Source: Candidatus Omnitrophota bacterium | GTDB taxonomy: Bacteria > Omnitrophota > Gorgyraeia > Zapsychrales > Zapsychraceae | Length of the DNA: 48,899 bases | Assembly: GCA_015233495.1 (NCBI GenBank) | Contig: JADFXQ010000008.1 | Coordinates: 1 to 48,899, forward strand | Direction: 5' to 3' | In this document: in pieces, positions 29,364 through 39,000 of the stretch | How positions within the stretch are numbered: position 1 is the stretch's first letter | How the letters are laid out: each line of letters opens with the position of its first letter | Made by a program: the position numbers and the translations under genes | Notes under the pieces: generated by a model | Told to the model about the DNA's origin: nothing | Database searches by the model: none | Seen by the model: the letters and a program-made list of their open reading frames with translations, nothing else

Positions 29364-29867
29364 CTATTCCTTGTTTTCTTGCTTCTTGCCATGGATACCG
29401 TGTTTTCCCGGCCCCATCTTGCCATGCTCCTCCATCTTATCCATGAATTTTTTAAACTGTTCCCCGGATAAAATTTTCCGCACGGCTAAAATACTTTCCA
29501 AACGTTGATCGCTCATTTGCGCCTGAATGGTTTTTAATTCCGACTGGATCTGATTGACCTTATTCATATCCAACGGCTCTTTTTCCACTTCTTGCTTAAG
29601 CGCGGTCATCTTATCCTTCATGCTTTGAAATAAGGCCTTGGTTTCTTCTTTATTTTTGCTCTTATTCGCCTCCAAAGCCTTTTGCTGATCCTCCGTCAAG
29701 TTGAGGTCTTTATACATCTTCTTTAAATCACTTCCCTTTTGCTCCCAGCGTCCTTTACCCTCATGGCCTTTCTCGTCCATGGGACAAGGCGTTGCCGCGT
29801 AAACCAACAGCGGCGCCAAGACCAACACCCCGGACAACACTAAACCCGTCATTTTTGAAATTTTCAT
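29364..29867 (-). CDS. Spy/CpxP-family periplasmic protein
   Basis: Signal peptide, LNLTEDQQK and ILSGEQFKKF LTxxQ-like motifs. Confidence 0.8.
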   Translation of the reverse strand: MKISKMTGLVLSGVLVLAPLLVYAATPCPMDEKGHEGKGRWEQKGSDLKKMYKDLNLTEDQQKALEANKSKNKEETKALFQSMKDKMTALKQEVEKEPLDMNKVNQIQSELKTIQAQMSDQRLESILAVRKILSGEQFKKFMDKMEEHGKMGPGKHGIHGKKQENKE

Positions 29868-29880
29868 GCCTGTACCCTCC

Positions 29881-30378
29881 CTATAAAAAATACTGTTCAA
29901 TGGACGTTCCCAGTCCGTTCTCGGTTTCTCCCCCGCTCAATTCCGCGGCCCCGGATAAAAAAGATAAATAAGATATGGAATCTTTGCCGTTCTCTTCGTG
30001 ACCTTTAATCCAAACTCCATTTAAATTTATAAATAAACCAACCATCACCAGCAAAGTCGCGAAAGAAGATAAAACAAAAACCGGCCGCGGCATAAAAAAC
30101 GCGTTTTGAATATTGGTCACAAAATCCGCTAACCATCCGAATCTGGGCGCCGGGCGGGATTCAATCTCCAGCCGGATTCTATGCCAAAGATAGACTGGCG
30201 GCTCTTGCGGACTGAGATCAGAAAGCGGCGCGACCGATTTTATCCGGGCTTCCCTCAATAATTGTTGACACTGCGGACACTCCGCCAAATGCGCCGCTGC
30301 CTCGCGTTCTTCCCGGACGGTCATTTGGTTATCTAAATAATCGGTCAACAAATACTTTTTCAAATTTTTACATTTCAT
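29881..30378 (-). CDS. Zinc-finger (zf-HC2) anti-sigma factor
   Basis: C...YLD...HLAECPQC and one TM helix; directly follows ECF sigma. Confidence 0.85.
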   Translation of the reverse strand: MKCKNLKKYLLTDYLDNQMTVREEREAAAHLAECPQCQQLLREARIKSVAPLSDLSPQEPPVYLWHRIRLEIESRPAPRFGWLADFVTNIQNAFFMPRPVFVLSSFATLLVMVGLFINLNGVWIKGHEENGKDSISYLSFLSGAAELSGGETENGLGTSIEQYFL

Positions 30379-30928
30379 AATTTAACCCTCCGTCTTTTAA
30401 ACGTAACAGGGTTTCTCTCGCCCGCAATAAACGGGTGCGCACCGTATTAATATTGATTTTCAATGCCGCGGCGATTTCCTGATAACTTAAACCTTCAATA
30501 TTTCTCAGGACAACGCATGCCCGCTGGTCCGGGTTCAACTTATCTAAAATATCTTTCGCCTTTTGCTCCAGGTATTCCTGCTGCGCTCTTTTTTCCGCCT
30601 CCGGCTCTGCTGCCACAGGGGTTAGGTTTTCATCGTAGGCTACCATCTGGCTTCTTTCTTTGCTGGTCTTCTTCACCCGGTTTAACGCCGCGTTTACCGC
30701 TACCCGGTATACCCAAGTTTTAAAGGAAGACTGAAAACGAAAATATTTTAATTGACGATAAACGGTTAAAAATACTTCCTGAGTGACTTCGTCCGCGTCT
30801 TCACGATATCCGACGATCCGCAAAATAACGTTATAAACATATCCAGACCATGTCCGGTAGATTTCTTCAAACGCGGTGATATCGCCGCTTGCCGCTTGTC
30901 GAATTGTCGCTTCACTCTTTTCCGGCAT
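30368..30928 (-). CDS. ECF sigma-70 factor (RpoE/SigW-like)
   Basis: DADEVTQEVF, SSFKTWVYRVAVN, GLSYQEIA...INTVRTRLLRAR; start taken at MPEKSE behind AGGGG. Confidence 0.9.
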   Translation of the reverse strand: MPEKSEATIRQAASGDITAFEEIYRTWSGYVYNVILRIVGYREDADEVTQEVFLTVYRQLKYFRFQSSFKTWVYRVAVNAALNRVKKTSKERSQMVAYDENLTPVAAEPEAEKRAQQEYLEQKAKDILDKLNPDQRACVVLRNIEGLSYQEIAAALKININTVRTRLLRARETLLRLKDGGLNYEM

Positions 30929-31039
30929 AACCGCTATTCCCCTGTGGTTGATCCTTTTGCTTATCTTAACCCGCATCCGCACACTTATCAACCAAAGAAC
31001 ATACCCGGGGTATGCGCTGCTGTTTCTTGTCTTCATAAC

Positions 31040-31068
31040 TTAGACAAGCAATCCGCGCCAAAAGTTCC
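31040..31068 (-). promoter_or_regulatory. ECF (sigmaE-type) autoregulatory promoter
   Basis: GGAACTT-16 nt-GTCTAA directly upstream of the ECF gene. Confidence 0.75.
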
Positions 31069-31075
31069 AATTATT

Positions 31076-32035
31076 TTAATAATTAATTTGCAGACAAACC
31101 GCGGATAAAGAAGTGGCGCGATCCGCGCGCTCGGCAGGAAAATCAATGTCCGGTCCGCAATGCTTGAGGGATACAATCTTTACTCCCATAGTTTGCGCGG
31201 CTTCACGGGCCAGGTTTTCTAAATCCGCAACGGTCATGCCGCTATAATTCGTTGCCGCGAACAATCTCCCGGCCGGATTTAAAATTGCTAACGCCGCCGC
31301 AAGCAAACCCGGCATATTTTTTCGCACGCTGAACGTCTTGCCTTCGTGCCGGGAAAAAGACGGCGGATCGAGAATAATAAGATCAAACCGGTTATCTTTT
31401 TTGCCCGCGCGCCGCAAATATTGCGCCGCGTCCTCCCGAATAAATTCATTGGGCGCCGCGACAATCCGGTTGAGTTCATAATTGACCCGGCCGCGCTCCA
31501 AATTCTTTTTGCTGATGTCCACATTCACGACGCTGGCAGCGGCCTCCCGGCGGCAGTAAACTCCAAAAGAACAGGTATAAGCGAAACAATTTAAAACTTT
31601 TTTCCCTCCCGCCATACTGGCGGCTAACCGGCGGTTTTCCCGCATATCCAAAAACAATCCGGTATTCAATGTGTCATTCAAATCCACTGAAAATTGCAGC
31701 CCGTTTTCCTCGACAATCGTCTGGGAAGATGTCCCCTCAATCCAAATACTTGCGGTAAAAGCATCCGGCTGGGCAGCCTGGGATCGGGCGCGGTCTTTAA
31801 CAATAAAATATTGGCCGCCGCATTCGTTCTTGACAAAATCAATCAGTGCCGCCTTTTGTCCAAACCATCTCGGGTCAAAAACCTGGGAAACAAAATGCCG
31901 GTCATACTGTTCCAGCACCAGCCCAGCCATCCCGTCGCCAGCGCCGTTGACCAAACGCGCGGCATTCGTGGAACGAAAAAGCAATTCCCGCTTCAATTTA
32001 GCGACTTTCAATAATTCTTTCATTTTATCATTCAT
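31076..32035 (-). CDS. RlmI/RlmK-family class I SAM-dependent rRNA methyltransferase
   Basis: TGLFLDMRENR, VLNCFAYTCSF, FDLIILDPPSF. Confidence 0.85.
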   Translation of the reverse strand: MNDKMKELLKVAKLKRELLFRSTNAARLVNGAGDGMAGLVLEQYDRHFVSQVFDPRWFGQKAALIDFVKNECGGQYFIVKDRARSQAAQPDAFTASIWIEGTSSQTIVEENGLQFSVDLNDTLNTGLFLDMRENRRLAASMAGGKKVLNCFAYTCSFGVYCRREAAASVVNVDISKKNLERGRVNYELNRIVAAPNEFIREDAAQYLRRAGKKDNRFDLIILDPPSFSRHEGKTFSVRKNMPGLLAAALAILNPAGRLFAATNYSGMTVADLENLAREAAQTMGVKIVSLKHCGPDIDFPAERADRATSLSAVCLQINY

Positions 32036-32048
32036 ATTTTTCACGCGC

Positions 32049-32128
32049 TTGTAGAAGCGCCCGTTACCCTTTCGCGCCACAACAACGGGCGGACACCTAC
32101 CTGCCAGCAGGCAAGATCCGCCTCTCAC
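32049..32128. repeat. REP-like palindromic cluster
   Basis: gtag..gcccgtt/aacgggc inverted pair and gggcggacac[ctacctgccagcaggc]aagatccgcc; related to the copy at 40656-40679. Confidence 0.5.
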
Positions 32129-32133
32129 ATAAA

Positions 32134-33381
32134 TTATCCTGCCGCGCTTTGTCCGGCCAAATACCCGGTGGAAAACGCGGCCTGCAGATTGAATCCACCG
32201 GTGTCGCCGTCCACATCGATCATCTCCCCGGCAAAATACAGGCCTTTGATCCGGCGCGATTCCATGGTCCGCGGGTTGATTTCTTTTAAAGAAACACCGC
32301 CGGAGGTAACCATAGCCGCTTCGATCGAAAGACTGCCGGAAATATCCAAGCGTATTGCTTTAAGCAAAGCGATGAATTTATCCCGCTGGATCGGCTTGAT
32401 CTGATTTACCGGTATATCTCCCGCGACTCCGACCAGAGTCAGAAAAACTTTAACCAGCTCGACCGGTAGAAATAAAGCGAATATTTGCTCAATGGTTTTG
32501 CCGGGGGAGGCGCTGGCTTCCCGGATAAACCGCGCCCGTAATTGGGGCAAAGATAAAGCGGGTTTCAAGTCAATCAAAACGAAAACCGGCTTTTTTTCGT
32601 GCAGCCATTTTACGACCATACCGCTAAGCGACAAAATCAAAGCTCCGGAAATTCCAAAATCCGTAAAACCCAGCTCGCCGACCGGAGAAAGAATTTTTCT
32701 TTTCCCGTCGCTCGCCAGAACGCGGACATTCTTGAGCGTGAGACCAGATATCATTTTGGGAAAATCTGGTTTTGTCTTTAGCGGCACCAAAGCCGCCAGC
32801 GGCGCAATGACCGCGTGTCCCAGTTGGCTGGCAATTTTTAACCCGTCGCCGGTTGACCCGGTAGCTTTATAGGAAAGTCCTCCCGCGGCTAAAATAACTT
32901 TATCCGCGTCGATCCGTTTACCATCCGTCAAGACCACGCCGCGGCCGCCTGCCGGATCGTCGACGAGTATTTCCTTAACCGTACTCAGCAAAAAAACTTT
33001 GACCTTTAACCGGTCCAATTCCTTGCGCAAGACTGTAAGAACGCTGGCGGCCTGATCCGTTTCCGGGAACACCCGCTGTTGACGTTCAATTTTACAACTC
33101 AGCCCGCGCTCCTGAAAAAACGCGATCAATTCCTCGTTAAAAAAAGCTTTAAATGCGTCGCGCAAAAACGGGCCGCCCTTGCCGGAAAAACGGCCCAAAA
33201 ACTCTTCCAAACCGCAGGCATTAGTCAAATTGCACCGGCCTTTGCCAGTCAACAACAACTTGCGCCCCAGTTCAGCGTTCTTTTCTAAAAGCGTGACGTC
33301 CGCGCCCAACCGTGCCGCCCGAACCGCGGCCATCATCCCGGCCGGCCCGCCGCCAATCACAATTAGCTTTTTCATTTGCAT
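32134..33381 (-). CDS. HI0933/BaiN-family NAD(P)/FAD-dependent oxidoreductase
   Basis: GGGPAGM, GRKLLLTGKGRCNLTN, GSTGDG, VTSGGV, GDTGGFNLQAAFSTG. Confidence 0.92.
   Translation of the reverse strand: MQMKKLIVIGGGPAGMMAAVRAARLGADVTLLEKNAELGRKLLLTGKGRCNLTNACGLEEFLGRFSGKGGPFLRDAFKAFFNEELIAFFQERGLSCKIERQQRVFPETDQAASVLTVLRKELDRLKVKVFLLSTVKEILVDDPAGGRGVVLTDGKRIDADKVILAAGGLSYKATGSTGDGLKIASQLGHAVIAPLAALVPLKTKPDFPKMISGLTLKNVRVLASDGKRKILSPVGELGFTDFGISGALILSLSGMVVKWLHEKKPVFVLIDLKPALSLPQLRARFIREASASPGKTIEQIFALFLPVELVKVFLTLVGVAGDIPVNQIKPIQRDKFIALLKAIRLDISGSLSIEAAMVTSGGVSLKEINPRTMESRRIKGLYFAGEMIDVDGDTGGFNLQAAFSTGYLAGQSAAG
33314..33360. repeat. 47-bp direct repeat, copy 1 (in 5' end of HI0933 gene)
   Basis: 45/47 identical to 35882-35928. 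Confidence 0.9.
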
Positions 33382-33387
33382 AGAGTT

Positions 33388-34332
33388 TTATTGAAGGGTT
33401 TCTTTTTCGTAGAGATCTTCAACGTAAATCATGGTTGCTACGCCATGACTATCGTTAACCGTTTTTTTGACCCGTTTACCGTCGCCGTCATAAACAAACC
33501 GCGTGGTGATACCGTCTTTGCTAATGCTGACCGGCCGGTTTTCCGCGTCATAAGTGATACTCCGGCCCGCGCCGCTTAACATATTGCCGCAAGCATCATA
33601 GAGGAAAATATTCGTGCCGTCATTGATCAGCGCGTGCGGCAGGAATAAAGAATATTTTTGCTCCACCGTGTCCGCTTTTATAATATTACCAATGGCGTTA
33701 TATTCATACACACTGCTGTCCCCGGCAAGCATTCGATTCAAATCATCGTAAGAATAATTCCGAATGTTGGAATGAACCGTGTCGTTGATTTTAATAATAT
33801 TGCCTATACCGTCGTATTCATAATTTAAATTCTGCAGCGCCCCGCTCATCACAGACTTACGCCGCAAATTCTCGGGGTAATAATCAAAACGGGTGACCAG
33901 CGAATTGGCGTACGTCATAGTCATCGGCTGGCTTGCCGCGTTATAACTGGCGGACGTGACAAACTGATCCGCGCTCTGCGGCAAGCCCGCGTTATTATAA
34001 GTAAAATTTACCGTCTTAAGATTAGGATAAGTGATCGACTTGATTTTATCCATGGCATTATACGTCCAAACGAATTTGTATGCGGTCCCATCGAGAGTTT
34101 TTTCCAAAGAAGTTAATCTGCCGGTTTTATTGTTGTTATAGTTGTAAGATAAGTCCTGTTTTAACAAGACCGGATTTTCAAATTTATTCCCGGAATTATA
34201 CGCCGCCAACCATCCGACGCTGGGATAATAAACTCCATTAATTAATTTGCTGTTTGAGTAGCTATTGAAAATTAAATCCGGCAGGCCGACATGATTGATA
34301 TCCGCGAGCGTGCCGTTTTCGCCCAATTTCAC
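33388..34332 (-). pseudogene. RHS/YD-repeat core fragment lacking the C-terminal cleavage motif and toxin tip
   Basis: YEYDGIGNI, YSYDDLNR, YDACGNM, YDAENR, YDGDGKRVKK; ends at YVEDLYEK. Confidence 0.8.
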
Positions 34333-34415
34333 GCTTTCCCCTTGCCAATATGTTACAAGCCCATTCGGAGAAATATAATACGCATAATGATATACTGGGG
34401 CATCCGAAAGATAAG

Positions 34416-35125
34416 TTACCGCCTGGTCGGAAAAACCACGTAAACCAAATCCACCAAGCCATCACCGTTCATGTCAACCAGCATCGCGTTTTGATTTATA
34501 CTTATAGGTTCAAAATACGAGCCAACTCCCGTAATCGAATATTCTAAATAAGCTTTATCCGCGCTGAGCCAAATTTTCTCTTCGCTGGAAAATCCGTTTC
34601 CGGTATTCAATCGCGCGACCCAGTCATAAATCGCGTGTCCAGCGCCGCCCCACGATTCCCACCCGCTGAATTTCCCGTATACCAGATCCGGGAGACCATA
34701 CCCATTCAGGTCAACTAATCCGGCAGTCACTCCTATTTGTATAGGATAAACCAAATTATTGCCATAAACATAAAATGCCTGATCATGATCCAAAAATTTA
34801 ACTGCCGTGTCAGAAAATTTCTTGCCGTAGTTATAGCGCACGAATATGTCATAGGTATAATTATTCAAAGAGGTTGCTGATCCGGGAAGAGCAAAACCAT
34901 AATATTTGGAAAACGACACCTTATCGATCCCCGACCCGCCGGGATTGTCTTGGGCCGTTAAATTCAACGTCACGGAAATTGACGTGGAATATTTCGCGTC
35001 ATTGTTGATGACCATGGTGCCGGTCGGCGCCACCACATCATTGAACGTCGCGGTCACAATCGCGGCCGCGTCCATGGTCACCACGCAGGTCCCCGTACCA
35101 GTGCAAGCGCCCGACCAGCCGGCAA
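34416..35125 (-). pseudogene. Fragment: InlB-B/Flg_new-like half repeat, Ig-like segment and FG-GAP/VCBS repeats
   Basis: FAGWSGACTGTGTCVVTMDA...VTATF; APTGTMVINND; DLNGYGLPDLVY and DMNGDGLVDLVY. Confidence 0.65.
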
Positions 35126-35830
35126 AGTTAAACCGCTCTTTTCATTCGACTTGGGTCCTTCCCCGCCGCTGCTCAGCGCGGACACCGCGCAATAATACTT
35201 TGTCGCGGGCAACAAATTCCCCGCGGTGTAGGTGGTCAGATTATTCGGGGAAATGGCCGGTCCATACACGCCTGAACCTGTGCCAATATACACTTTATAG
35301 GAATCCGCGAAAACTACCGGTGACCAATTCAGCGTCACTTGTTTATTTCCTCCTACTCCGGTCAACTGCGGAGCGTTGATGGTTCGAACCGTCACTGTTT
35401 TATTCGGCGTGATCTCGCCAAACCATTGCACTCCCTCGTGCATCATTTTCCATTGAAAATTGTAAAGGCTAGGTTGGGACGGGGCTGTAATATTAAACGT
35501 AAAATTAACGGTCTCGCCGGATTCGATAACTTCTTTAGGCAGTTCGATCCGGCTTAAGCCCCAGCGGTCATTGCCCGGATAATTCTGCGATGCCAACCGA
35601 TAACTTTGATATTTGATCCATTGTCCATAACCCGAATTTTGCATGACCACGCTGACCGCATAGCTCTGACCTGCGACCATGGTGTCGGGTACGGATTGAC
35701 TGATAAATTTAGCGTCTTTCGGGAGAGTTGCCGCTGCGGCTGTTTCCGTCCAGGAAAGGGACAATAACTGAGCCGCAAGGATTGAGGGCTGAAGAAGTGC
35801 GCCACATTCAGTATAAAATATTGTTGCCAT
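35078..35830 (-). pseudogene. Fragment: NBR1-like Ig domain plus fibronectin type III domain
   Basis: AKFISQSVPDTM...FTFNITAPSQPSLYNFQWKM..EGVQWFG; GNKQVTLNWS...YYCAVSA...EGPKSNE. Confidence 0.65.
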
Positions 35831-35837
35831 CTGTCAA
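35810..35837 (-). promoter_or_regulatory. Near-consensus sigma70 promoter inside the repeat-bounded insert
   Basis: TTGACA-16 nt-TATACT. Confidence 0.55.
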
Positions 35838-35841
35838 GTTT

Positions 35842-35946
35842 TTAATAAATTCGCAAAAAATAATACGCGCAAATCAATGGCGCCGCCCGAACCGCGGCCA
35901 TCATCCCGGCCAGACCGCCGCCAATCACTACAATTATCCCAGCCAT
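35842..35946 (-). pseudogene. Orphan 5' fragment of HI0933-type gene containing direct repeat copy 2 (35882-35928)
   Basis: Translates MAGIIVVIGGGLAGMMAAVRAA then diverges and stops. Confidence 0.75.
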
Positions 35947-36064
35947 ATCCCCGCCCCCGTCAATGCCAATAAAATTCACCCCAAATTCACGCCACTTTAA
36001 CAAGTCCGTCATTCTGCCGCATTATACTGCTTTTTAGATACAAAAGTTCAAAAAGGATTTCCTT

Positions 36065-39000
36065 TTGCATATATATCCTTCGCATCAAAACCCGGCCTTT
36101 AAGAAAATCACATCCTGGTTCGTCATCGGCTGTTTTACTTTCAACACCCTGTTTTTTACCCTTGCCCCGGTCAAAACAGCTCAAGCCAAATTTTTTACAC
36201 CTATTGCGATATCCGTCACATCCTTAAACAATTTACCGTTGATTCAAGGGTTAAAAATCAATCCGACAAATCCCTTTGAGTTGCAATTCCTGTTAAGCCA
36301 TGATCGAACGGAAGCTCCCTCCCGACAAGAAATCGACAAAATCATAAAATATTTCCTTACCTTTCTCACTATCCCGGAAGACGAAATCTGGGTTAATTTA
36401 TCGCCGGTGGAACATCAAAAAATCATCCCGGCGGCTTTCGGTCAAACCCAAGCCGGGAAAGATCTGTTAGCGATAGATTTTCAAGTCAAACAATTTACCG
36501 CGTCTTTAACCGACCCGCGCAATGCGATAGGACAAACGTTTTGGTCAAAAATTTACGCTGAATCGGAACGGATCAATGGCCATAGCGACGGGACAGTGTC
36601 CCTCAACCACAAAGTTTGTTTGATCCCGGAAAAAGCGGTGATTTATGAAAAAGATAATGCCGCAATCATTTCCGAAGGCATTTTGAAAGTTATGCTGGAA
36701 ACAGATTATTTGGCGCGCCAGCAGCTCGATAATGATAAACCGCGAGTATCCAACTCCGTCAAGCCGGAAATCAGCGCCAAAATTTATCGCGAATTACTCC
36801 TCCCGATCCTTACCCGGGAACTCAATGAAAACCCCTCTTTCCGGCCGCTGAAACAAATTTTTTACGCGCTCATTCTGGCGAATTGGTTTAAACACTATCT
36901 CCGGCAGAATATCCTAATTCGGATGTGCGGTGACCAGAGCAAACTGGGAGGGCTGAATGAAGTCCAGCGGCAGGAGATTGACCGCATTTACCAGCAATAT
37001 CTTCAATCTTATGAACAAGGCGTTTACAATTTTACCCAAGAAGATCCCGAACCCGGGACAGACGACATCATCACACGTACGTATTCCTCCGGGGGATTTT
37101 ACGCCGGCCATTTTGCCGATTGGGCCCAGGTAAGACCAGTTTCATATTCTCCAGATTTGCCGACAATGCTGCAAACGCTTTCCCAACATTTTTCTAACAC
37201 TACGATTGTTCTTACCCCCTGGAATGATCATGTGTTCCCGTCGGTCATTTCCTCACCCATAAAAACAAACCTGCCTGCTCCCTCAACCCAATCGCCAGAC
37301 ATTTTTACCCGTTGGCAGGAGTTGCTCGATGCAGATATCCCCTGGAGTCCGGCAACAACCAAAACCTTGATTGCCCGTCTGCAAACATTCCGCCAAGCAA
37401 ACCCACTGGATTTTAAAAAATTTTTTGGGCAGGCTGCTTTTTATTGGAAAATCCGGGAATTATCGTTACAAACCTGCCAAAAATTATCCCTTTGGAATCA
37501 TCCCCCTGACGCGTATCGGGCCTATTTCTATAGATTGTCCCGCTATGCGAATCTCGCGCGTTTTGCCTTAGGACACTGTGGGACCATGGATAGTTATAAA
37601 AGTCATTTCCTTCCCCAGAATGATCGGATTTGGTTTTTCCATACGCCTCATTGGCTCAGTCAAGCCATGCGGATTTTTTTTCTCGCGGATTATTGCTTCC
37701 ACTCCTCCCAGCAAAAAATTTTAGATATTATTCCGGATTTAGCGCAAGCCCACAACCGGCTTAACCTTATCGAAACTCGAATTCTGGGATCTGCCGCGGC
37801 AAACACGACCACAGAGCAACTCACTGATAATCTGGCAGCTTTTTCTCAAAATTTGGAATCCCCGCGCCCCGACAGCATTGAAGGGCAAGATCTTTTGCGC
37901 CGGCACGGACAAATTTATTCTTTTCTGAGTTATCTGCTCGGACTAACCGGCATCGCCATCGTAAGCCTGCATTCCGCACAATCTGTCCAATCCATTTTTG
38001 CCGGTCTTTCAACCCTCACTCACCTATTTGTCTACCGGTATCTTCTAATCTTGCTCTCTCCTTGGCTGATCGCTAGGGAATTCAAACGTTTTGATAACTT
38101 GCTGGTTGACTATACTGCTTCTTTCTCCGATTTTCCTTCAGCGTTTTCTTTAAAAAACGGGCCGGCCATTTATCAGGGCAATGAGACAGTCCCAAATCGT
38201 TTTGATGCGCTATTCCTGGCATGGGAACAATTACTTAACTCTGCTGTGCCGCCTCAGGCAGAAAAGCTCGACACTATCGCGGCCCAACTGACCTCGGTTA
38301 TTAAAACCACAACCCTGAGCTGGAAAGATTTCCGCTCCAATTTAAATCAATATCACCGCATCCGTGATTTATCTCGGAAAACCGTGGAATGGATCGACGG
38401 AGAAACCTGTTTTCATGATTATTTTGAATTTTTTGCTTTGTGGAGCATATACGCGAATGAGATTTGGCTGTCCATGGCCCGGTTCGCGGAAATTGATGTC
38501 TTAAAAGGTAAATTCATCCCGCCTTATGTTATTCCTTTTTTAAATATCCCTATCGGAGAACCGTTCCTCCGCGGCCTGCATTTCATTTTTGGCTTGACGT
38601 TTCGTTACCACTTAGCTCGAAACGGGGTGCTGCATTCCATCGAAAAAATATCACACCTGCAACATTTGATCAACGTTCGGGCGCAAAAGCTGCTTGGAGA
38701 AAAATACCCTCAAAACGGCTCAACTGATCCCCGGCCAGAACTGATCAATTCATTCCGGATGATCGATAATCAATACCGTCATCCGGCCCGCGAAGGCCTG
38801 GTTGGCCGCTATTACTATCAACGCGTTTTTGATATTTGCGATCTGTCGTTCAATTTAATGATTCTTTTAACCATGGTCGGAGTAAAAATTCTGCATCCTC
38901 AAGCGGCAGCGATTCGCCTGATGGGTTTCCCGGTCATCAAAACATCAGCTTTTTTATATCTGATTTTTTACTGGATACGGCCTACCCAGGCGTACATTGA

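Noticed and set aside
33314..35928. Diversity-generating retroelement TR/VR pair (both mismatches are A in copy 2 on the + strand)
   Set aside because: Only two mismatches, they are T on the coding strand, the repeat is short and 5'-located, and no reverse transcriptase is in the window
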